This document shows positions 47,302 through 58,564 of a DNA stretch of 64,000 nt, one piece after another. Position 1 is the first letter of the stretch. Every line of letters begins with the position of its first letter. The notes beneath the pieces were generated by a model. That model worked only from the letters and a program-made list of their open reading frames with translations, ran no database searches and was not told the origin of the DNA. This DNA comes from Hyphomonas sp. 34-62-18 (lineage in GTDB: Bacteria > Pseudomonadota > Alphaproteobacteria > Caulobacterales > Hyphomonadaceae), in NCBI GenBank assembly GCA_002282565.1, contig NCJT01000003.1, forward strand, positions 10,592 to 74,591, read 5' to 3'. The position numbers were made by a program, and so were the translations under genes.

Positions 47302-49536
47302 TCAGCGCTTGTCGTGGATCATCCTGTCCCAGATAGCGCCTGGAATATTTGAATAGTCATCCGTCCACGCACGGCCGCCATCGCTTTCCAGTACGCCCCA
47401 GGCCCCGGTTGAATCGAGCGGTGCCAACGCCAGATCATTGCGCCCAATCGCCACGACGGCGCTTGATTGGGCACGATACCCGCTTTCGCGCACCGTGTGG
47501 TATTGCATCCTCGCGGGCACGCCGAGTTCACCGGCCACGCGCCCGGCAACCGTTTCGAGCGCCATATAGCGGTTGGACACATGCAGCAGCAGCACCCCGT
47601 CTTCCTTCAGGCGGGAAAGGTAAAGCGCAATCGCTTCTCGCGTCATCAGGTGCGCCGGCACAGAGTCCGACGAAAATGCATCGATCAGCAGAATGTCGAA
47701 CGCGTCCTCAGGTTCGGCGGCCAGCGTCAGGCGGCCATCCCCCAGCACAATGTCCGCATCCGGCGTACATTCCGAGAGGTAGGTGAACTGCTCCGGATCA
47801 CTGGCGAGACGGGCCACGATGGGATCGATCTCGAAGAAGGTATAACGTTGCCCCTCCTTGGCATAACAGGCAACAGAGCCCGCCCCCAGGCCGATGGCGC
47901 CCACCCGGCCGGGGCGGGTGTGGCCCGCGAATACCTGCCCGATGGGCGTTTCCGGAGCGTAATAGGTTGCCGGGCGCCAGGCCTCCTCGCCCAAGGCCTG
48001 TGCGCCGTGCAGCGTGGTCCCATGCACCATCACCCGGTAGCCGTCCCGGTCATGGATCTTCACCACACCAAAAAATCCGCGCTCTGCATAAGCGCCGATT
48101 GTCGGGCTCGTGGCCGCGCCGATGGCCCAGAGCGCAGCTGCCACGCTGGCGCTTGCGAGCCGGGAGCGGCGCACGGCGTAGAGCGCGACGAGCGACAAGA
48201 CAAGCAGCACGAAGAAAGCGCGTTCCGGTTCACGCGCAAGCGCCGGAACATCGTAGACATACTGCGCAATCAGCACCAGGCCGCCGGCAACAGCCGCAAC
48301 CACGATCATCCAGGTGGGCCCCAGCCAGTAGCGCTGCGGCATGAGGAGCAGCGCCGCGATCAGCATCAGCGGATATTCGGCCACAGTCGTGAAGATGACC
48401 GGCACCAGCAGCGCATTGAACGCGCCGCCCAGAACGCCGCCAAGCGACATCAACAGGTAAAATTCAGTCAGGCGGCCCGTCTCCGGCCGGTCACTCGCCA
48501 GTAGGCCGTGGCAGGCAACAGCCGCAAAGAACAGCGCCAAGAGGTGAACGACAAAGCTGAGCAGCGTTGGGACGCCGGACACCTTCGACAGCGTGAAAAG
48601 GGCAAGCCCGATACAGACTGGCAGAACGGCCATGGCAGCTGGCAGGCTGATTGGCGGGCGTTTGGCAAAGACGACAATGAAGCTGCCAATGTAAAGCATC
48701 AGCGGCGGCGCCCAGAGGAAGGGCGCGCTCGCCACATCTGTCGCAATATGGGTGGTGACGCCAACGAGAAGGCTGGAGGGAACAAAGGCCAGCACCAGCC
48801 ACCAGAGGCGTTGGCGCCAGAGGTTTGATGTAGCGCCTTGCCGGTCTGCGGCCGGAGCGGCGGCGAGCGGCGCGGCGTCCGGCGCCGGGGCGCGCAGGGT
48901 CAACAGCCCGCACCCGATCAGGAGCACGAGCAGCACGCCGTAACCGGCCGACCAGGCCATCGCCTGTCCCGCCAGCGGCGCCAGCGGCTCGAGCAGCAGC
49001 GGATATGCCGCCAGCCCGAGCAGAGAGCCCGCATTACTTGCAGCATAGAGATGGTAGGGATCGTGGGCGTCTTCCCGGCCGGTGCGGGCATACCAGGCTT
49101 GTATGAGGGGCGCCGTCGCAGAGATGATCGCAAAGGGCGGCGCAATCGACACTGCAAACACCCCGATCAGCCAAAGCGCCGGACGTGCCGGATCAGGGTC
49201 GCCAAAAAGGCCCGTCAACTCAAATGGCAGGACAAGCGCAGCCACAACCAGCAGGGCGCCATGCAGCATCACCTGCCGGGAGAGCGACTTCACCAGATGC
49301 GTCAACAGGTGGGCATAGGCATAGCCTGCCAGCAGCGCGGCCTGAAAACAGACGAGTGATACGTTCCACACATTGGGTGAGCCGCCCAGCAAGGGCGTCG
49401 CCATGCGGGCAAACATCGGCTGAACCAGGAAAACCAGCGCCGCGGAGAGGAACACCGTGACGACGAACGGCGTGCCGGCAAATCTGTGCTGAAGCGGGCC
49501 GGAAACCGGCGCCCTGCCAGCGGAAAACTGGTTCAT
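47302..49536 (-). CDS. Fused polytopic membrane domain / spermidine synthase-like methyltransferase-fold protein
   Basis: ORF trimmed to MNQFSAGRAP. About 480 aa of TM helices, then GAIGLGAGSVACYA..FFEIDP..GDGR..FDILLIDAFSSDSVPAHL (spermidine synthase-like). Confidence 0.7.
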   Translation of the reverse strand: MNQFSAGRAPVSGPLQHRFAGTPFVVTVFLSAALVFLVQPMFARMATPLLGGSPNVWNVSLVCFQAALLAGYAYAHLLTHLVKSLSRQVMLHGALLVVAALVLPFELTGLFGDPDPARPALWLIGVFAVSIAPPFAIISATAPLIQAWYARTGREDAHDPYHLYAASNAGSLLGLAAYPLLLEPLAPLAGQAMAWSAGYGVLLVLLIGCGLLTLRAPAPDAAPLAAAPAADRQGATSNLWRQRLWWLVLAFVPSSLLVGVTTHIATDVASAPFLWAPPLMLYIGSFIVVFAKRPPISLPAAMAVLPVCIGLALFTLSKVSGVPTLLSFVVHLLALFFAAVACHGLLASDRPETGRLTEFYLLMSLGGVLGGAFNALLVPVIFTTVAEYPLMLIAALLLMPQRYWLGPTWMIVVAAVAGGLVLIAQYVYDVPALAREPERAFFVLLVLSLVALYAVRRSRLASASVAAALWAIGAATSPTIGAYAERGFFGVVKIHDRDGYRVMVHGTTLHGAQALGEEAWRPATYYAPETPIGQVFAGHTRPGRVGAIGLGAGSVACYAKEGQRYTFFEIDPIVARLASDPEQFTYLSECTPDADIVLGDGRLTLAAEPEDAFDILLIDAFSSDSVPAHLMTREAIALYLSRLKEDGVLLLHVSNRYMALETVAGRVAGELGVPARMQYHTVRESGYRAQSSAVVAIGRNDLALAPLDSTGAWGVLESDGGRAWTDDYSNIPGAIWDRMIHDKR

Positions 49537-49627
49537 GAAGAGACCCCTTTGACCTTCCCTTATCACAGCGGGGTTAGGGAGACCTTTCACAGCAGAAATT
49601 TGGCCCGCAGTTGCGAATCCCCGACCG

Positions 49628-50395
49628 ATGATTAACGTGCGCGAAATGCGTCTGCCTCCCCTTCTCCTCGCCCTTTGCGGCATGGTTCTTTCGGCCTGCA
49701 GCAACGCCGAAGAAGGCCCCTGCAGAACGCAAACATTTGAAAACCTTCCCTATCTCGTCTGCGAGTTCGATGCCTCGCAGGATACGATCCGCCTTTTCCT
49801 GAGAGATGAGACCGGCGCGCCCTTCGGCCAGTTTGACCGGCTGGCCAATCATGTCGCTTCCCAGGGCGGCAACCTTGTGTTCGCCATGAATGCCGGGATG
49901 TATCATGAGGACCGCCGGCCCGTAGGCCTCTATATCGAGGAGGGGGAGGCCGAGATGGGCCTGGTGCGTTCGGCGGGCCCAGGCAATTTCGGCATGCTGC
50001 CCAATGGCGTCTTCTGGATCGACAATGGTCAGGTAGGTGTTTCAGAAACGCTCGCCTTCGATGAGAAGTTCAAGGAGGCGCCGCCCCGCTTTGCCACCCA
50101 GTCGGGGCCCATGCTGGTGATTGATGGCGAGCTCCACCCGGCCCTCAATCCGGATGGCACCAGCCTGCGCCGCCGCAATGGCGTCGGCGTCAGCGCCGAT
50201 GGCCGTCACGTCTTCTTCGTCATCAGCGACGTGTCGGTGAACTTCCATTCCTTCGCGCGCCTCTTCCGCGACGAGCTGGGCACGCCCAACGCGCTTTATC
50301 TCGATGGGGCGGTCTCCAAGGTCTATGTGCCGGCGCTGGAGCGCAGCGAGACCGGGCTCGACATGGGCCCTATCGTCGGCGTGATCCGGGAATGA
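49628..50395 (+). CDS. Phosphodiester glycosidase family (DUF2233) lipoprotein
   Basis: Signal LLLALCGMVLSAC. The NAGMY, QSGPMLV and RNGVGV..DG..VFFVISD blocks resemble DUF2233. Confidence 0.6.
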   Translation: MINVREMRLPPLLLALCGMVLSACSNAEEGPCRTQTFENLPYLVCEFDASQDTIRLFLRDETGAPFGQFDRLANHVASQGGNLVFAMNAGMYHEDRRPVGLYIEEGEAEMGLVRSAGPGNFGMLPNGVFWIDNGQVGVSETLAFDEKFKEAPPRFATQSGPMLVIDGELHPALNPDGTSLRRRNGVGVSADGRHVFFVISDVSVNFHSFARLFRDELGTPNALYLDGAVSKVYVPALERSETGLDMGPIVGVIRE

Positions 50396-50631
50396 AAACG
50401 CTTACCCTCTCCCCTGAACGCCGCACGCGGCTTGTGGCGGAGTTGCGCAAACTGGCATCGCAGGATTTCGATATTTCGCTCAGCGACTTCCAGGCCGGTG
50501 AACTGCTTGACCGGATGACCGCCCTGATCGGCCCGGCCGTTTACAATGAAGCCGTTCAAGACGTGCGCCTGCACCTTCAGCGGCGGCTGGATGACCTCGA
50601 CGGCGAAGTTTTCGTGGAAGATCCCGGCTGA
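50392..50631 (+). CDS. DUF2164 family protein
   Basis: 79 aa. ATGA overlap with the upstream gene. FQAGELLDRMTALIGPAVYNEAVQDV is typical. Confidence 0.6.
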   Translation: MKTLTLSPERRTRLVAELRKLASQDFDISLSDFQAGELLDRMTALIGPAVYNEAVQDVRLHLQRRLDDLDGEVFVEDPG

Positions 50632-50732
50632 TTGGTAAGCCCTGCTGACAGCTCTGATCAGCAGGTTGCAGATCATCCGGCCCAGCCATATCTGCCACCC
50701 GGACACCTAATACAGATAACAAGAGACGCCCC

Positions 50733-51074
50733 ATGACGCGCACACTTTACGGCCTGAAAAACTGCGACACCTGCAAGAAGGCGATGAAGGAACTGGACGC
50801 TTCCGGCAAGCCCGCAGACTTCGTCGATATTCGCGCCGAAGCCGACCTTCCCTCAAAACTGCCCCGCTGGATTGCCGCTGTTGGCGAGAAGCTCGTCAAT
50901 CGCAGCTCAACGACCTGGCGCGGCCTGTCGGATGAAGACAAGGCGCGGGCCAGCGGCGTGACGCTCGAAGGACTGCTCTTGGGCAACCCCACGCTGATCA
51001 AGCGGCCGGTGATCGAGGCAGGCGATGAGGTGCTCGTAGGCTGGACCGCCGAAACCAAGGCAAGGCTCGGCTGA
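50733..51074 (+). CDS. ArsC/Spx/YffB family redox protein
   Basis: 113 aa. LYGLKNCDTCKKAMKEL and LIKRPVI motifs. Confidence 0.8.
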   Translation: MTRTLYGLKNCDTCKKAMKELDASGKPADFVDIRAEADLPSKLPRWIAAVGEKLVNRSSTTWRGLSDEDKARASGVTLEGLLLGNPTLIKRPVIEAGDEVLVGWTAETKARLG

Positions 51075-51175
51075 CGACAAAACTGGCATCGCAGCACGAA
51101 AAATTTCCGGCGCAGGCCGCGACGGATCACAAAGCCGTTATACGTTGAACACGGACCAGCTGCCGGAGACGTGTG

Positions 51176-52060
51176 ATGCGCCCCTTGTTCGCGACCCTGA
51201 TTTTCTGTTGCCTCCTGCTCGGCGGGGTGGCGGCCGCTGCCCCTGGCTCCGCTGCCGGGGCCGAAACCCTCTCCGTCAAAGCCGGCAAGGACCGGCGCGA
51301 GTTCATTCTATATGCTCCGCACACCATCGCCAAAGATACGCCGGTCGTCCTGGTTTTCCATGGCGGAGGTGGCGGCGCGGAGTGGATGGCGTCAAAATCC
51401 CGCAAGCTGACCCACACCTTCACCGAAGCAGGTTATGCGGTAGTCTACATGAATGGCTCCTCGCGCCGGAATGGCGAAAAGCTGCGCACCTGGAACGCCG
51501 CCCATTGCTGCGCCTATGCCCAGCGCCAGAACATCGATGAAGCCGCTTACATCAATGCGGCCATAGACGCGCTTGACCAGAAAATCGGTATAGACCGCAC
51601 CCGGATTTTCCTGTTGGGCCATTCCAACGGCGCCATGCTGTCCTACCGGGTCGCCGGGCAGATGAAAGACGCCCCCCGCGCCATCGCCCCGGTCAGCGGC
51701 GCCATCTTCGCTGACCAACCCGGCATTCCCGCGCGCACGTCGATCTTCATGTATCATGCCAAGGATGACGAGGTGCTGAGCTATTCCGGCAACCCGGATG
51801 ACAAAGCCGAACGCTGGCGCACGCAGCCGCATCTTGGTTTTGAAAAGGCAGAAGCAGAGCTCGCCCGCCTCAAAGGCTGCGGCGCGCCGAGCATCGCCGC
51901 GCCTTCGCCCGGACTGACCGAGACCCGCCGCACCTGCACCGGGGGATCAACCCTCCTTGCCCTGAGCGCTGAAACCGGTGGCCATGAATGGGCATCACGC
52001 GCCGCCGCCGGCTATCAGATTGAAGAGGCGCTTCTCAGCTTCTTCAACAGCCAGCGCTGA
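51176..52060 (+). CDS. Secreted alpha/beta hydrolase, PHB-depolymerase/esterase (LpqC-like) family
   Basis: Signal peptide, VVLVFHGGGGG, and nucleophile elbow GHSNGAML. Confidence 0.6.
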   Translation: MRPLFATLIFCCLLLGGVAAAAPGSAAGAETLSVKAGKDRREFILYAPHTIAKDTPVVLVFHGGGGGAEWMASKSRKLTHTFTEAGYAVVYMNGSSRRNGEKLRTWNAAHCCAYAQRQNIDEAAYINAAIDALDQKIGIDRTRIFLLGHSNGAMLSYRVAGQMKDAPRAIAPVSGAIFADQPGIPARTSIFMYHAKDDEVLSYSGNPDDKAERWRTQPHLGFEKAEAELARLKGCGAPSIAAPSPGLTETRRTCTGGSTLLALSAETGGHEWASRAAAGYQIEEALLSFFNSQR

Positions 52061-52063
52061 TCG

Positions 52064-52525
52064 TCAGGCGTCCACCAGCATGCCCGCAAGATTGTCGAGG
52101 GCGTTGGTCCAGCCCACCTTGACGCCTTCCAGCAGGTCTGAACCGTCCACCGCCACAGTCTGCAAGGTCAGCACCAGGCGTGTCCCGCTTCCCACGCCGA
52201 TGAACTCGGCTGAAATCAGGCTCACACCCAGCAGCGTATCACCTTCGCTGATCGCCTCGCAATATACGATGCGCGCGTCTGGCACGATATCCAGGTAGCG
52301 TCCCACCACTTTGGCCACGGCCTCGCCGCCCGCCATACAGATCTGGACATCTTCGCCACCCACGCGGAAATCCGCTGCATCGTTGCGGATCTCGACATCA
52401 GTGGACGGAGCGCCCCAGACGCGCCGTATCTCCGGATCTTCCCAGGCACGAAACACCCGCATGGGGCTTGCCGCATAAACTCTTTCGAGCGTTTCTGTCC
52501 GGTGCGCCATCGTCTGATGGGTCAT
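52064..52525 (-). CDS. SRPBCC (AHSA1/START-like) family protein
   Basis: 153 aa. Overlaps and follows an ArsR regulator, which is the usual pairing. WEDPEIRRVWGAP block. Confidence 0.65.
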   Translation of the reverse strand: MTHQTMAHRTETLERVYAASPMRVFRAWEDPEIRRVWGAPSTDVEIRNDAADFRVGGEDVQICMAGGEAVAKVVGRYLDIVPDARIVYCEAISEGDTLLGVSLISAEFIGVGSGTRLVLTLQTVAVDGSDLLEGVKVGWTNALDNLAGMLVDA

Positions 52526-52869
52526 TGTGTATCTCCTTTTTGATTGAGCAGGTCACCCAGCCGGTCGAGCCGGCTTTGCCAGGCGGCATGATAACGGGTG
52601 ATCCAACGGTCGAGGTCGGCAAGACGCAGCGTCTCCAGCCGGCAAGTTCTCACCCGCCCGGTTTTCACCGTGGTTATGAGGCCCGCCGCTTCCAGGACAC
52701 GCACATGCTGCAGAAAACTTGGGAGAGCCATGTCATAGCCCGCCGCGAGGTCGGTCACGCTCGCCTCCCCTGCCGACAGCCGCGCGATGATGTCCCGGCG
52801 CGTCGCATCTGCCAGGGCACTGAACCCCCGGTCGAGCAGGTGTGGATCGATCGGTGAATGGTTAGTCAT
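52522..52869 (-). CDS. ArsR/SmtB family transcriptional regulator
   Basis: FSALADATRRDIIARLSAGEASVTDLAAGYDMALPSFLQHVRVLEAAGLI is a winged HTH. Confidence 0.85.
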   Translation of the reverse strand: MTNHSPIDPHLLDRGFSALADATRRDIIARLSAGEASVTDLAAGYDMALPSFLQHVRVLEAAGLITTVKTGRVRTCRLETLRLADLDRWITRYHAAWQSRLDRLGDLLNQKGDTQ

Positions 52870-53037
52870 ACGCCTTAGTATCCCGCACCGCCGGGTAAGT
52901 CAATATACTTAGGTTATCCCCTAACTTTCTAGATGATCGCCCTGGCCTACTGGTTTCCTCGTTGCCCCTCTTCCGGGGGTAGGAGGCGCGCAAAGCCTCC
53001 GCTAGTCTGGCGGGCATCAATCCGGAGCTGCCCTTTC

Positions 53038-54006
53038 ATGCGTCTTGTCCTCGCCGCGTTCAGTCTGCTGATTTTCAGTCTCATCGCCCAAGCAGAGCCC
53101 GAACCGTGCCCAGAGGATGCCGAGCAACGCCTTTACAACATGGTTCAGTCCATCGAGCGGGGCGAGCAATCAGACGCGGCCCCTGTCGCGGCACTGGCGG
53201 AATGGGCGGTGGCAACCTGCCCCGCCAGAACCCATGCTCAGGCCCTTGCTGCCACGCTGCTGGGCGCCGTGATCCAGGCCACCCCGGACAAGCAAAAGCG
53301 GGCCCAGTATGTCGATCTTGCCGAGCGCGCGATCAGTCTCAACGACAGTTCGTGGAACCCGCGAATTGGCCCGGCCATCCTCAAAAGGTCCGACGGCACA
53401 AGTGTCGACTATTTCGGGTACAATCAGGCCACAGCCGTCTTGATCGAACGGCTGCTGCCCCATGGGGTCGGCCTCGCAGAAGCGGGCACAACACCGCGTC
53501 TTCTTTCGGGAGAGCCTTACGCCAGCTGCCCCTATGCGGCCCATTCTGCCAGCCGGCTCGCGGACGAGGCCCAGCTTTGGGACAAGAACGTTTTCATGAA
53601 ATCCGATCAGCCGCTCTATGCCCTTGCTGAAACCCGGCTCAAGATGTTGCACGCCTCCTGCGTCAGCCACCGCCGGGATCTCAACTTCTACCTCGCCCGG
53701 CTATATGGCCAGGAGGTCAACGCGCTCACCGGCTGGGGCCACCATTACAGCGAGGACTTCGTAATGCAAAATGGCGGCTGGTACTGGCGCCATGAGATGC
53801 TGCAGGACCTGATCTTCGACGAGGAGGAAATGCTGGCCCGAAAGGCGGAGTTCGACGCCCGCGCCCGTCCGCTCGCCGAAAAGGCGAGGCCCTATCTCGA
53901 CGCGCTCTACACGCTGCCCGAAACCCTTACGGAAAAGGACCAGGAACAGCTGACTCAGGCAAGCAACTGGAAAAAGGCTGTCGACGCCGCGCTGGCAGCA
54001 GACTGA
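53038..54006 (+). CDS. Secreted hypothetical protein
   Basis: ORF trimmed to MRLVLAAFSLLIFSLIAQAEP (signal peptide). 322 aa with several CP/SC cysteine contexts. No family recognised. Confidence 0.5.
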   Translation: MRLVLAAFSLLIFSLIAQAEPEPCPEDAEQRLYNMVQSIERGEQSDAAPVAALAEWAVATCPARTHAQALAATLLGAVIQATPDKQKRAQYVDLAERAISLNDSSWNPRIGPAILKRSDGTSVDYFGYNQATAVLIERLLPHGVGLAEAGTTPRLLSGEPYASCPYAAHSASRLADEAQLWDKNVFMKSDQPLYALAETRLKMLHASCVSHRRDLNFYLARLYGQEVNALTGWGHHYSEDFVMQNGGWYWRHEMLQDLIFDEEEMLARKAEFDARARPLAEKARPYLDALYTLPETLTEKDQEQLTQASNWKKAVDAALAAD

Positions 54007-54237
54007 TCAGTTCTCGTCCCGCTCATTGGCGATGTCGGCGGCGATGTCTTCGACTGCCGCGTCGGTCGCCTCGACCACCTCATCGGCGGCAGAACTCGCT
54101 TCATCCGCGGCCACGCCCATCATCCGGTCCATCCGCGCGCCCGCCGATTCAAACGACCCGTCGACCAGGCGGAAGATCACCATGATGGCGAAGAACAAGA
54201 CCAGAATGGCCGTCACGATGGCATGAAATGCTTTCAT
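54007..54237 (-). CDS. Small single-TM protein with an acidic tail (hypothetical)
   Basis: MKAFHAIVTAILVLFFAIMVIFRLV followed by an Asp/Glu/Ala-rich tail. Confidence 0.4.
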   Translation of the reverse strand: MKAFHAIVTAILVLFFAIMVIFRLVDGSFESAGARMDRMMGVAADEASSAADEVVEATDAAVEDIAADIANERDEN

Positions 54238-54344
54238 TGGTTTTAGTAGCCCCTGCTCAACCTGTCCGCTTAACCAATGCGCGCCCGCGCCAAAGGTTCC
54301 CCGGCCCCCTTCCCCCGGCGCCGCAATCTGCGTATGGTCTGCCC

Positions 54345-54440
54345 ATCCGAGGGGCGCGCATGGCAAGCGCTGAGATGGGGCCGATACCGCTCCAGCACCC
54401 TTTGAACCTGATCCGGGTCGCGCCGGCGTAGGAACGGAAA
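54345..54440 (+). promoter_or_regulatory. TPP (THI-box) riboswitch
   Basis: GGGGCGCG..GCUGAGA..ACCCUUUGAACCUGAUCCGGGUCGCGCCGGCGUAGGAA immediately upstream of thiC. Confidence 0.9.
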
Positions 54441-54452
54441 CCGAGACGCTAA

Positions 54453-56384
<1,932 letters not shown>

Positions 56385-56401
56385 TTTCCAATCCCCAAAA
56401 T

Positions 56402-56425
56402 ACCTCTCCCGCTCGCGGGAGAGGT
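56402..56425. repeat. REP-like palindrome ACCTCTCCCGC-TC-GCGGGAGAGGT
   Basis: 11-bp arms, immediately after the thiC stop and at the left edge of the low-GC island. Confidence 0.6.
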
Positions 56426-56488
56426 AAGCCCGGCCAAAGGACTGTGGCAAGGCACAGCCAAATCAGCGGATAATGCGTGAATTCCTCG

Positions 56489-57484
56489 TCATAGCGAGAA
56501 GAAGCCTTCCCTAGCCGCCACGCCTAAGTATTTTGGGACATCAGGCGTCCCCTGCCAAATTCTACTTTCTGGCAAACCCATGCGCTTCATCGCCATGAAG
56601 CCGTTCATTTCGCCCGAGAAGTTGAGGGCCGACGCTTTTGAACCCCATTGGCCAGCCTGCAGTAGAGCGCAGTTATTTTCTTCAAATGCAAAGCCCACGC
56701 TGTAGACCGATCCACACTCTTTCAGGAGTTCGACCGCTTCAATTGCCGCAGGAGGCCTCTCAGCAAGACTATCAAGAATGAATTTTATGTTCTCAATCTG
56801 CTTTCGATAAAATGTTGGAGACAGCGAATCGTTGCTGATCTCATCTAGCTTACCATGAACATGCACAACTCGTGGTAAAAGCTCATCCGGTGTATCGCGA
56901 AAACGTTCATTGTTTCTGACAAACCATCCAAAGCTCTCTTCGATCGCTCGATCATAGTTCAATGTGACAAAAGAAAGCCTATTTTGCTCAAGGTCGTCTG
57001 GGTTTTTGGCACCTGACAGGAATTGATTCGCAAGAATGCCCAACCAGTTCGGCCTGCGGGGCCCAGTGGTGATGTAGGGACTTCGCCAAGGGAAACACCT
57101 CTCTCCATATCTCCAGCCGGTATTTTTCTGAAGCATCTGGAAATGTGATTTTATGAGCATCCAAGCTGTGAAGTACTTGGAGATCTTGCTTCTGCTGGGG
57201 TTCTGGTACGCATACAGATCAATCGAGTAACTTGAACTGGAGCTAAGGTGCTCAATCAGTGACGGAAAAGCGTTTCGCGCCTCTCCATCATTTGCGAAAC
57301 AAACAAAATCCCAAAACGACGCAAAGTACTGAGCAAAGTTATCAGATTGGTTGTCTCTGGTTCTAGGGTCTTCCGCAGCGGCAGCGGAATAAATCTGATC
57401 TCCTGTTGGCAAACCGAATTCTGCCGACGCGCCCGCACCGACAAGAATGACCGTGGGCTTGATGAACATTTTGCGCATTTCCAT
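56489..57484 (-). CDS. Stand-alone SIR2-like (SIR2_2 / DHS-like NAD-binding fold) protein, putative NADase
   Basis: ORF 56489..57628 trimmed to Met 57484 (alternatives 57478, 57469). Ordered motifs VILVGAGASAEFGLPTG, TLNYD, VVHVHG, SVGFAFEE. The gene is markedly GC-poor. Confidence 0.7.
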   Translation of the reverse strand: MEMRKMFIKPTVILVGAGASAEFGLPTGDQIYSAAAAEDPRTRDNQSDNFAQYFASFWDFVCFANDGEARNAFPSLIEHLSSSSSYSIDLYAYQNPSRSKISKYFTAWMLIKSHFQMLQKNTGWRYGERCFPWRSPYITTGPRRPNWLGILANQFLSGAKNPDDLEQNRLSFVTLNYDRAIEESFGWFVRNNERFRDTPDELLPRVVHVHGKLDEISNDSLSPTFYRKQIENIKFILDSLAERPPAAIEAVELLKECGSVYSVGFAFEENNCALLQAGQWGSKASALNFSGEMNGFMAMKRMGLPESRIWQGTPDVPKYLGVAAREGFFSL

Positions 57485-57570
57485 CTTGGATATGCAATCA
57501 AGAATAGAATGACTCGCCCAAAGGCACAATGTGATGTTTCGAGAGCCAATATTGTATTCCGGCCTCAGGC

Positions 57571-57885
57571 CTAATGATTCAACAAGCTCGCCCCCATCAC
57601 CCCATTCGCCCGTCTCGCCTTGGCCCATTCAAAGCTCCCGGCACGGAAGGCGCGGCAGGCTTCGGGGCGGTCTTCGTAGATGCTGCAGGCGGCCTTGCCG
57701 TTTGACAGGTCAAGGTGGATGCAGTGGCCGCAATCGAAGCGGACGAAGGTGCGCCCGTCTTCGGTGAAGAGGCCTGTCTCAGGCAGGGAGCGGCCAGCGT
57801 CCCAGGGGAGGAGTTCGAGATAGCGGGGGTTCCGGCTGAAACAGCAGGCGCCGCAGGACACACAGTCAAACGACACATCGGGCAT
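57571..57885 (-). CDS. YkgJ family cysteine-cluster protein (UPF0153)
   Basis: 104 aa. CVSCGACCF plus later Cys residues (CGHCIHL, CSIYEDRPEACRAF). Confidence 0.75.
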   Translation of the reverse strand: MPDVSFDCVSCGACCFSRNPRYLELLPWDAGRSLPETGLFTEDGRTFVRFDCGHCIHLDLSNGKAACSIYEDRPEACRAFRAGSFEWAKARRANGVMGASLLNH

Positions 57886-58033
57886 GGGATTGCGAAAGAA
57901 GGCTCCACCGCCCGGCCCGCGCCTCTCGCAGCTCCCGGCAGCGGGGCTGCGATTTACGCCAACTCATTTTCCCATGCAAGAGGGGCCGCCCCTTCCGGAA
58001 CGGCCCCTCATAAATGGCTGCTTATCGCCTGCC

Positions 58034-58405
58034 TCAGCTGCCGAATTCAGCCCGCAGCTTGGCAAGGGTCGCCTCATCGGTTTCGGCCAGCTGGATAATC
58101 TCCGTATACCGCTTGGGCGTGATGCCTTCGGTCTGGATCGCAGCAGTGATCTGCTGCTCGGCCTTGGCCTGAACGGCCGCGGCCTCGTCCTCGCTCTTGG
58201 CCGCCTGAAGCTCCAGCGTCATCTTGTTGGCCACTTCCGTCACCTTCTTGTTGGCGGCCACGAACTGGGTGGCTTCGGTGTCGGTCATCGGCGCAATGGC
58301 GGCGGGCGCGGCTTCGGTGCCCTGCGCGAGGGCCGCGCCCCCACCCATGACGGCCAGCGCCAGCATTGCCGAAACAGTGCGTGCCCGGAATTTCTGTAGA
58401 GCCAT
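58034..58405 (-). CDS. DUF4168 family periplasmic protein
   Basis: ORF trimmed to MALQKFRARTVSAMLALAVMGGGAALAQG. Helical repeats with ITPKRYTEIIQLAETDEATLAKL. Confidence 0.6.
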   Translation of the reverse strand: MALQKFRARTVSAMLALAVMGGGAALAQGTEAAPAAIAPMTDTEATQFVAANKKVTEVANKMTLELQAAKSEDEAAAVQAKAEQQITAAIQTEGITPKRYTEIIQLAETDEATLAKLRAEFGS

Positions 58406-58564
58406 GATACGTTCTCCTCTCAGGTCTCGTGCGAGGCAGCCAAACAAATGCCGCCCGGCGGCTCAACCCCCGGAGCGCCTTTCTGAGGGGATTGTAATTT
58501 AAAGCTTTTTAATGACATTGCGGACACGAACACGGCCTCTGCCGCGCCCGCAACAGAACGCGGG

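Noticed and set aside
56434-57528. CCAAAGG..GGCACA versus CCAAAGGCACA as target-site duplication of the SIR2 island
   Set aside because: It is short, split on one side, and could easily be chance. It is mentioned in the finding but not claimed as a feature.
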